Shown one piece after another: positions 8,844-16,589 of a DNA stretch of 64,000 nucleotides. Location of the stretch: positions 16,301 to 80,300 of the forward strand of contig JAGORM010000001.1 of the NCBI GenBank assembly GCA_018062815.1. Direction: 5' to 3'. This DNA is from Candidatus Levyibacteriota bacterium. Lineage in GTDB: Bacteria; Patescibacteriota; Microgenomatia; Levybacterales; GWA1-39-11. The translations under genes and the position numbers were made by a program. Position 1 is the stretch's first letter. Each line of letters begins with the position of its first letter. The notes beneath the pieces were generated by a model. That model ran no database searches, was not told the DNA's origin, and saw nothing but the letters and a program-made list of their open reading frames with translations.

Positions 8844-10175
8844 TTATGGAACAAAGCGGTATCCTCGGCCCTTTATAGTTATAAGGTGTGTCGGGTTATT
8901 CGGGTCTTCTTCAATCTTTCGTCTGACTCTGTATATAATTTGGTCTAGTGCTTGGTCAGTTACACCTTCCCGTGTTTTTTCATCTGACCATACGGATCCA
9001 ATTATTTCCTCTTTTGTGCATACCTTATCAGTGTTTTGAATTAAAAATCTCAGCAGCTTAAATTCTGATGGAGAGAGAACATCAGTTAGTGATTCGTTTC
9101 CGTCTTTTATCTCTTGAGTGTTTGCGTCAAGCGTTATTTTTTCAGTTGCAGGATTTGGGAAGTGAGACAAATTTTTTAAAAACAAAGGTATTTGAATCTC
9201 CCCATTTTGGATTAGATAAGAGCGTTGTAGAAAGGAATCCGCGGAAGCTCCAGCAGGGGATTTAAGAAGTATTTTTTGCTCTATCGGTATTAGTGAGTTC
9301 CAGATTTCAATCAATGCTCCTTGAATTGCTGCTTTTGACAGCAAAAAAGCTGATAAGTCTTCATATTTTTCTTCCTCCCCAAGTACTGTTTCAAGTGCAA
9401 TTCTGGACAATTTTCCGTGTCCTGCGGTGAGTTTTAGGATTTCTTTTTTTGTATTTTCTGACGCTTTTCTTCCGCTGGTTTTTTCAAGATAGGAAAATCT
9501 AAAGTCATTAGTTTCAGGATCTGAAATAGGTAGAAATACCTGGTTTCCTACAACAAATTCATAAAAGTCAGAAAAAATAGAGGGTTCCAGTAGATCTTCC
9601 AGGGGGCGGGTAGTTGAAAAAACCGCTGAAAATCTGTATTTTGCCCTGTTTCTTAATACCCGTAAATTAGTAAAGAAATGTTCATTTATGCAAGGAAAGT
9701 ATGTGTCAAATCTGTCAAAAAGTAAGACTATAGTTAGCTCCCGTTCTATGGATAAGTAGTCAATTGCGCGTTTTAATGCCTGGAAAAGGATTAATTCATC
9801 CTGAAAAGAAACCGCTTCCTTGAGAATTGTGTTTATAGCATCTTGATCTTTGTCCATTTTCCGCTCTGACAGGGAATAGGAAAGGGAGATTAGGATAAAT
9901 TTCACCAATTCATAAAAACTTCTGCCCTTTATTTCTGACAAGTCCATGTACACAAAGTGGTACCACTTATAGTTTTCCCCTAAGTGTAAGGTTCTGAGAG
10001 CGTTGTTATACGCTAAAAGCCTTAGAGTGTTTGACCGTCCTACGCCGGGTAGGCCTAATACCTGTGCTGAGTTCCCTTTTTTAATATATGAAAGAATTTT
10101 ATCTATCTCCGGTTTCCTTGCGGACGGAGGGTATAAAGACTCAAAATGCACAGGTTCAGAGGTTGGAGTAGCCAT
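8844..10175 (-). CDS. Transcriptional regulator: N-terminal AAA/STAND-type NTPase fused to a C-terminal OmpR/PhoB-type winged helix
   Basis: Walker A GLPGVGRSNT and Walker B-like IVLLFDRFD. C-terminus SPSEFKLLRFLIQNTDKVCTKEEIIGSVWSD...ITIKGRGYRFVP is the trans_reg_C signature. Confidence 0.6.
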   Translation of the reverse strand: MATPTSEPVHFESLYPPSARKPEIDKILSYIKKGNSAQVLGLPGVGRSNTLRLLAYNNALRTLHLGENYKWYHFVYMDLSEIKGRSFYELVKFILISLSYSLSERKMDKDQDAINTILKEAVSFQDELILFQALKRAIDYLSIERELTIVLLFDRFDTYFPCINEHFFTNLRVLRNRAKYRFSAVFSTTRPLEDLLEPSIFSDFYEFVVGNQVFLPISDPETNDFRFSYLEKTSGRKASENTKKEILKLTAGHGKLSRIALETVLGEEEKYEDLSAFLLSKAAIQGALIEIWNSLIPIEQKILLKSPAGASADSFLQRSYLIQNGEIQIPLFLKNLSHFPNPATEKITLDANTQEIKDGNESLTDVLSPSEFKLLRFLIQNTDKVCTKEEIIGSVWSDEKTREGVTDQALDQIIYRVRRKIEEDPNNPTHLITIKGRGYRFVP

Positions 10176-10248
10176 ATGTTAGTTTATTGTAAGCTACCTA
10201 TAAGGATAATATCAAGTTTGCAGGCGTATTTTCTCATATACTTGCCTC

Positions 10249-13200
10249 ATGAATGAAAGATTGTTGCCACAAGAATTGACAGCGGGAAGGGTATCTTCTA
10301 CACTTAATGTAAGGAGTACTATGCCAGAACCACAGAAAGAAGAATTCAATATTCCCAAAAAAATTGATAGACAGCCACTTGTTGCGGGAAGTACTTCTCC
10401 TCGTCCAGAAACTATGCAGGAGCTTATGCGTGGGCAGGCAGAACGTGAGGCAGCCCGTGCCATAGTGGAGGAGGCCAGGAAACAAGGAAAATCATTGTCT
10501 GAGGATCAAAAAAAGATTGTTTTTGAATCTGGTTTTAAACCAACTATTTATGGAGGTGCTGATGTTCCTGAGAATGATGACTATAATCCAGACAATGGAG
10601 AAGGTGAGGAAAATCAGAGGCCAGAGGTTGCAAGAAGGGGTTTTGAATTGAGACCTCCACGAGGTGTAGCTGCCGACAAACAACTTCTTGATGAAATAGA
10701 AAAATTTAATAATGTCAGTGAATTAGGTGTTGATTTTGATGATCTTAAACGCGAGGCTGAAAAAATTATGGATCTTCAGTCCTCAGACCCAAACAACCCA
10801 ATTACGTCAGAGCAAAAACAGGACCTGATAAGACAGCTTTCAAAAAAAGGACAAGAAATAGCGGCGGCAAGAATGAATAACCCGGATAGATTTGGGTTTT
10901 ATCTTGAAACGCAGGATTTGCGTGAATTAGATAGTGACCCTATGTCATGGTTAGATTCTCAATTCGGTCAAATATACGACTTGTCTAAGGCGGGAAGTGA
11001 GTTGGATTCTCCTATTTTGCAACGTGTACAGACAGAGGTGGGAGAGGCATCCGCTTATCTTCAGAAAAAATTTGGAAAATTCAGAAAAGAAGGAATAGAA
11101 AATGCAGCAGACATTGAGCGCGCAAATAGAGAGAGTAAGTTGCTACTAGAGTTTAATGAAACGTTTGCTATCAGGTTAAACCTTATTTTTGCAAGAACGG
11201 CAATTGACCAAAGGGGTATGGAGCAAATACAGGGAGCGGTAGGAAGGCTAAGGACATTAGGATTTGCAGGAGCGCAAGCTTTTGATAACGGGGCAGTTGG
11301 CGCTATGTATAACCGTATGGAAGCGATGCTTGGAAACTTGCGACTAGCTGAGGGAGGGCGTGAGCATCATCTTAACCCTGCATCCTTAAACAAGCTGCAG
11401 GATAAAACTATAGATGAGCAGATAGAGCTTGCAAAAAAGGGAGTAGGCATATTTGCAGGTAAATATAAAGAGATCTTATCAGATCCAAAAAAGCAGAATA
11501 ATGCTGATGATGTTTTAAAGCGGGAGATTACCAGATCAGTTAGAACGGCTTATGACATTTTAGTTGTATCTCAGAGAGTTGCAATTGTTGCTGCGAGGGG
11601 TAATTTTAGAGGAGACAGACAGCAGTACTTTTCTGATAACGGAGGAGCATTTGCAGTATTCAATTTAGAGCAAATGACAATTAACAAGTGGGATTTATTA
11701 AATCATGAAGAGCAGGAGTTCTTTGATTTTCTCAAGCTTGACATGGCAATTAATAATAAAAAGGGGATAGATGTCTCAAAGCTAACACGTGAACAATTGT
11801 TGGATTTAGGGGGGAGATTGTTTAGGGATTTATATGTGGTTCCTGATTTTTATTCATCCTCATGGAGAATGAATGGAATGAGAGACCAATTGGGGCGTGT
11901 AATTCAATATAAAGCGGAGAACGATAAAATGATTGAAAAGTTTATCGAAAGTTCTAATTTTACTCCGGCTGATGAAAATCTCAGAAGTTTGCAGGAGCAA
12001 ATGAGGACACAGATCCAGAATTACATGCAGGTATGGGATGAACTGAACCCTGTGCAGGGAAGGGTACAGGGAGACAGGGAAATAGCACAAAGACAAATTT
12101 CCCGTCAGATGTTTGAGAAGACCTTAACGCGTGAGCAAAGAGAGTTATGCCTTAATACACTTACACAGGATGAGAAGGCGAATGTTTTAAACACTACAAT
12201 AAAAAAGGCTGGTACACAATTAGGGAAAGAGATTGGAGATTTTGCCTTATTTGTACAGCTAAAACAGAGCTTGGGGCATTTAGGGCACAATGCTGGTTCA
12301 GCGCAGGAAATAAAGGATTATAGAGCTGGGGTTTGGGGAAAGATTCAAAAATTTAAAACAGAAGATATTATGCAGTTGATAAGAGGCCGGGCACGACCGG
12401 ATATATATACGGAAGACTACAATAATCTACGTGAGTTGTATACTCTTTTTGAGAGAAACGATTCAGAATTGGGGATATTAACAAATGAGCAAAAAGAATT
12501 GCAAAAAACGGGGGGGATAGAGGCATTTCATACATATGATAAATTTATTGAGAAATATGGGTCTGTAATACAGGCAATACGTCAAGATGCGATGCGAAAC
12601 GGTTTAACCGGTCCAGAGCAGGTAGATATGGCTAACTTAAGCCCTCGACATGTGGAGATGGTGAACAGAATGTTAGGAGGGAATGGGGCAGCGGTTACTC
12701 TCCAAAATATTTATAAGGACATGAATGGGTTTATAAATCGTCATAATATTATTAATGATTTTGTTACAAGTCAAAAGTATATAGATCTTTACAATAGAGT
12801 AATAAACGTAGAGGATGTAATGCTCGACACTCTTGAATCAATACCTGAAAATGCAGGATTCCAGAAGTTGTCAGAGTATTTTACTGCAGAATCAGGGGCA
12901 GATGCTTTGAAACGCAATTTTAATGATATAGGAAATGCAGTTAATGCAGGAAACGCATTCATTAAATTTGTTACAACTGAAGATAAGGAGGGCAGATTTA
13001 AAGAATCCAAAGCTATGAAAAGCGCTGTGGAGGCATATAATGGTCGTACAAATGGAGCTGAAGTTATGCGATTTACTTACGGGACAGAATTGTTATACGC
13101 AACTCAATATTATTGGATTAACACCTTGCGTTTAGGCGCACTGCCATTCAGAAAGCCAAGCTCCATGAAGCAGGAGCATTATGGTATTGGTGCAAAGTCT

Positions 13201-13434
13201 TTGACACGACAAGATGTACGAGGGGATTTGGATCATCATAAAACAGAATTTGTAGGGCGCGGATCCGATGCTGATAAGTGGTTTCTTCAACTGGAGGAGT
13301 TGACGGGAACAGATATGAAGTCCACAATGAAAAGAAACGCGCTAACGCTTTTGATATACGCGTTTTTAGGGATTGTTATAGGAGCTCCGGTAGGTGCAGC
13401 CTCCGCAGCATTAGCAGGAGCACAGAAAGGATAA
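10249..13434 (+). CDS. Giant (1061 aa) mostly helical hypothetical protein with a C-terminal TM anchor
   Basis: ORF track; divergent from the regulator gene. Disordered acidic N-terminus, no enzymatic motif. C-terminal LTLLIYAFLGIVIGAPVGAASAALAGA helix. Confidence 0.5.
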   Translation: MNERLLPQELTAGRVSSTLNVRSTMPEPQKEEFNIPKKIDRQPLVAGSTSPRPETMQELMRGQAEREAARAIVEEARKQGKSLSEDQKKIVFESGFKPTIYGGADVPENDDYNPDNGEGEENQRPEVARRGFELRPPRGVAADKQLLDEIEKFNNVSELGVDFDDLKREAEKIMDLQSSDPNNPITSEQKQDLIRQLSKKGQEIAAARMNNPDRFGFYLETQDLRELDSDPMSWLDSQFGQIYDLSKAGSELDSPILQRVQTEVGEASAYLQKKFGKFRKEGIENAADIERANRESKLLLEFNETFAIRLNLIFARTAIDQRGMEQIQGAVGRLRTLGFAGAQAFDNGAVGAMYNRMEAMLGNLRLAEGGREHHLNPASLNKLQDKTIDEQIELAKKGVGIFAGKYKEILSDPKKQNNADDVLKREITRSVRTAYDILVVSQRVAIVAARGNFRGDRQQYFSDNGGAFAVFNLEQMTINKWDLLNHEEQEFFDFLKLDMAINNKKGIDVSKLTREQLLDLGGRLFRDLYVVPDFYSSSWRMNGMRDQLGRVIQYKAENDKMIEKFIESSNFTPADENLRSLQEQMRTQIQNYMQVWDELNPVQGRVQGDREIAQRQISRQMFEKTLTREQRELCLNTLTQDEKANVLNTTIKKAGTQLGKEIGDFALFVQLKQSLGHLGHNAGSAQEIKDYRAGVWGKIQKFKTEDIMQLIRGRARPDIYTEDYNNLRELYTLFERNDSELGILTNEQKELQKTGGIEAFHTYDKFIEKYGSVIQAIRQDAMRNGLTGPEQVDMANLSPRHVEMVNRMLGGNGAAVTLQNIYKDMNGFINRHNIINDFVTSQKYIDLYNRVINVEDVMLDTLESIPENAGFQKLSEYFTAESGADALKRNFNDIGNAVNAGNAFIKFVTTEDKEGRFKESKAMKSAVEAYNGRTNGAEVMRFTYGTELLYATQYYWINTLRLGALPFRKPSSMKQEHYGIGAKSLTRQDVRGDLDHHKTEFVGRGSDADKWFLQLEELTGTDMKSTMKRNALTLLIYAFLGIVIGAPVGAASAALAGAQKG

Positions 13435-13446
13435 AAAGTAAAAATA

Positions 13447-15162
13447 TTATCTTCCAAACATTCCCCTAAGGAATTTTTTGCCTGCTTCTGCTGCGTGGAG
13501 TTGACCATCTTTGCCATACTCTGCTTTTGCTCCAAATGCCATTTCCTTAACCCCACTAATTCCTTTTCCTCCTACTGCCTGAGAAGCACCAAATGATGTT
13601 CTAATATCTTTCAACCCAAAGTCCATAGCGCCAACTGCTTTTCTGGTACGGTCTAATATGCTTGGCATGGATATAATAAAGCCAAAACCTATAAATGCAG
13701 CCAGGGCAGGGCTTCCACCGACAGCGTCTCCTATAAGTGGAGGAGAAAATAGTCCGCCCTGATTCCCCACATTACTCATAATAGTTTTTCCAAGTAGTAT
13801 TACCCCAAATGCCATAGGAAAGACTGATAAATGGCCCATAAGATGCCTTATCCAAGTAGAAAATCCTAATTTACTTCCCGGAAATATTCCGGCAGTTATC
13901 CAAAGCGGGGCAACTATTACGTCAATTAACACATAAATAAAGGACTTAATAAGCGTAAACCATACCCTAAATAATGAGAAGATAATAGCAATAAGGATAA
14001 TTAAAAATGTAACAATTGTAAAAAGACTGATAATTGCCGCCCTGAAGAACGATTCCACAAAATTACATCCACCCCCCGCAAACATTCCCCCTATTGGAGT
14101 ATCTCTTAACCATCCTCCCAATCCTGGTACCCATCCCAATGCCCCTAACCCTACTGTTGCTCCTACCTTACCCAGGTCTACCACCCCGCACCCAATAGAG
14201 CTAACGGCGTTAAAGGGGGTGAAGAAGACCTGGAAAAAAGATGAAATGGTTGACTCTAAAAAGTCTATGGACATATTTCCTAAAACCTTACTAACCCCAA
14301 ATGAAGTTTGTCCTGCAATCCCGATTATCCCTGGGATATGAGTAATACCAATTACGTTTGGAGTATCTATGCTAAAAGATTTGTTTACAACGCCAAATAC
14401 GGTGGATGAGGTATTAACATTTGTAGGTATAAGACTATTAAAAGTTAAGATAACAAGATAAAGGGATACATACATAAGGTCTATAAGAAGTCCTGCAATT
14501 GCGTATGAAAAAGTGACTAAAATAAGAGCTACTATTAGTTTTGGAATTTGGTTTTGAATACTCATAACAGTACGCGCATCAATTTTTACTCTAAACATGA
14601 TTGCAAGTCCAACAATGGTAAATGCCAAGACAAACGCGAGATAAGAAATATCTCTAAATCGTGCCCAAATTCCAAGAAGAGGGCGCAATCTATCAAATCC
14701 TACCCCGGTTTCCTCTGGATTATTTTGTGCATAAGCGCTGCGTGCTACCCCAAAGTTTCCAGCCATGTATGTTGCATAATCTACCCCTGAAACAGGCAGC
14801 ATAAATGTTTCTCCTATAAGTCTTCCCATAATTTGCGTTGCTCCACCTCCTTGGGTTTCATATCCTATTTGCCCACTATTTACATCTACTCCCAAACATG
14901 TTTTTTTTGGGTCTAGGGGGTTATATCCTGAAAGTATGCAGACAGTGCTTGATAAGGTGTTGATAATGGCTGATTGAGTAAGAGTATTAAGATTTTGAGG
15001 AGCTTGAGAGTTAACGTTTCCGTATAATATTTGACTGTTCGTAGTTGGGGCAGTGGTAGTTGTGGGCGTAGTAATTGTCGGTGCTTGAGCAAGAATGGGT
15101 TTTATGCTGCTTATTACAAGAAAGAAGACAAGAACGTATAGAATATGTTTTAGTTTATTCAT
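13447..15162 (-). CDS. VirB6/TrbL-like polytopic membrane protein (start moved to MNKLKHILYV)
   Basis: Signal peptide followed by a Thr/Pro-rich segment and at least 8 predicted TM helices. Lies in the T4SS-like locus, convergent with the 1061-aa gene. Call rests on architecture only. Confidence 0.45.
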   Translation of the reverse strand: MNKLKHILYVLVFFLVISSIKPILAQAPTITTPTTTTAPTTNSQILYGNVNSQAPQNLNTLTQSAIINTLSSTVCILSGYNPLDPKKTCLGVDVNSGQIGYETQGGGATQIMGRLIGETFMLPVSGVDYATYMAGNFGVARSAYAQNNPEETGVGFDRLRPLLGIWARFRDISYLAFVLAFTIVGLAIMFRVKIDARTVMSIQNQIPKLIVALILVTFSYAIAGLLIDLMYVSLYLVILTFNSLIPTNVNTSSTVFGVVNKSFSIDTPNVIGITHIPGIIGIAGQTSFGVSKVLGNMSIDFLESTISSFFQVFFTPFNAVSSIGCGVVDLGKVGATVGLGALGWVPGLGGWLRDTPIGGMFAGGGCNFVESFFRAAIISLFTIVTFLIILIAIIFSLFRVWFTLIKSFIYVLIDVIVAPLWITAGIFPGSKLGFSTWIRHLMGHLSVFPMAFGVILLGKTIMSNVGNQGGLFSPPLIGDAVGGSPALAAFIGFGFIISMPSILDRTRKAVGAMDFGLKDIRTSFGASQAVGGKGISGVKEMAFGAKAEYGKDGQLHAAEAGKKFLRGMFGR

Positions 15163-15259
15163 AGGGCAGGTAGTTTTAGTATGGCTCAGAATGCAATAAA
15201 AAGTCAAGGAACATATAAGTAGGGGTTTTAATTGACAACTATATATAAAACAGGGTATC

Positions 15260-15820
15260 ATGCGACTAGGTATGAAATTAAAAATTGCCATCCTGTTTCT
15301 TATAAGCTTTGTTTTTATATTTGTGAAAACAGCCGCAGCGCAGGTAATAGAACTTTCCCCAACCATTCCTGTATCCACCCCTACCGCAGTTGTTCAAACT
15401 GTAGACTACCAGCTTCCATATCCAGGTCTTCTCCCAGATAACCCTTTATATATATTTAAGGCGGCACGTGATAAGGTCGTAGAATTTCTTATTTCAGACC
15501 CGGTTAAAAAAGCAGAATTTTATTTACTCTCATCAGATAAAAGAGTTAACACAGGTTATTATCTTATTATAAAAGGGAAACATGACATGGGGATGTTGTA
15601 TATTTCAAAAAGTAATAGTTATTTAAGTCTTGCAAATTCTGCGACTGCACAAAGCGGAGAAAATGGAAAGAGTATCCGTGACAGATTAGACTTATCTGTT
15701 AAAAAACACATAGAGTTACTAAACTCTTTAACTAAAAGAATTGATAAAAAAAATAGCACAAAACTTGCAAATGAGATTAAGAGACTAGAAAAATTTCAAA
15801 CACTTATTAATAAGAAGTAG
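15260..15820 (+). CDS. Secreted hypothetical protein (signal peptide, K-rich C-terminus)
   Basis: ORF track; MKLKIAILFLISFVFIFVKTAAAQ signal-like N-terminus. Confidence 0.4.
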   Translation: MRLGMKLKIAILFLISFVFIFVKTAAAQVIELSPTIPVSTPTAVVQTVDYQLPYPGLLPDNPLYIFKAARDKVVEFLISDPVKKAEFYLLSSDKRVNTGYYLIIKGKHDMGMLYISKSNSYLSLANSATAQSGENGKSIRDRLDLSVKKHIELLNSLTKRIDKKNSTKLANEIKRLEKFQTLINKK

Positions 15821-16026
15821 TACTGTCTTCAGCCTTTCAAATCTCACATCTGGAATTATTTGAAATTATGTCTTGTCCCTCTGGGAATTGTCTCATTTTT
15901 GTGTCTAACGGTTTATAACTAGAACACATTAAATACTCAGCGGAAAAATGAAAAATCTCTCAAATTTCTTACATAAAAAAAGTGAGGCTAAAAAAAGACC
16001 TGCATGTTTTTGATACAGTAGTTACC

Positions 16027-16080
16027 TGTTGACAGGATAAATATAGTGTCTTACCATAGTTTTTGGCACTAAATATGGTT
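16027..16080 (+). promoter_or_regulatory. Putative promoter (TTGACA -35) overlapped by two NrdR-box-like palindromic half-sites spaced 32 bp apart
   Basis: Box 1 at 16033-16048 (aggATAAATATAGTGT) and box 2 at 16065-16080 (gCACTAAATATgGTtT), compared with the NrdR box consensus acaCwAtATaTwGtgt. TTGACA at 16027-16032. Confidence 0.4.
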
Positions 16081-16139
16081 TAAGCCTATGATAGCCAAAA
16101 AATCAATTAGGCAAATCGCAAATTGAAAACTAATACAGA

Positions 16140-16589
16140 ATGCATTGTCCATATTGTACAAGTCAGGAAACAGAAGTAGTTGAAACAAGAGTAGGTGAGG
16201 ACGGCACAAATATCAGACGCAGAAGAACATGTGCCAGTTGTCAAAAACGCTTCACAACATACGAAAGAATAGAGAACATACCATTAATTGTTAAGAAAAA
16301 AGACGGGAAACGGGAACAGTTTGACCGGGATAAATTGCAGAAGGGAATGATCACGGCAACACAAAAAACAACAGTTACAGTTGTAAACATAACACAAATC
16401 GTAGATGAAATAGAACGGGAACTAAGGGGAGGAGAAAGCGTTGAAATTGAAAGTAAAAAGATAGGGCAATTAGTTGCAGCTAAACTTAAAAAAATAGATA
16501 AAATAGCTTATATTAGGTTTTCAAGCGTTTTTAGACAGTTTGTAGATTTAGAAGATTTTCAAAAAGAATTACAAAAGCTAATAAAATGA
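16140..16589 (+). CDS. nrdR: Transcriptional repressor NrdR (zinc ribbon + ATP-cone)
   Basis: MHCPYCTSQETEVVETRVGEDGTNIRRRRTCASCQKRFTTYERIE... is the canonical NrdR N-terminus. The gene overlaps the nrdJ start. Confidence 0.9.
   Translation: MHCPYCTSQETEVVETRVGEDGTNIRRRRTCASCQKRFTTYERIENIPLIVKKKDGKREQFDRDKLQKGMITATQKTTVTVVNITQIVDEIERELRGGESVEIESKKIGQLVAAKLKKIDKIAYIRFSSVFRQFVDLEDFQKELQKLIK

Noticed and set aside
13278-13556. Small ORFs at the convergent junction of the 1061-aa gene and the VirB6-like gene
   Set aside because: They overlap the ends of two long, better-supported genes and have no independent support.
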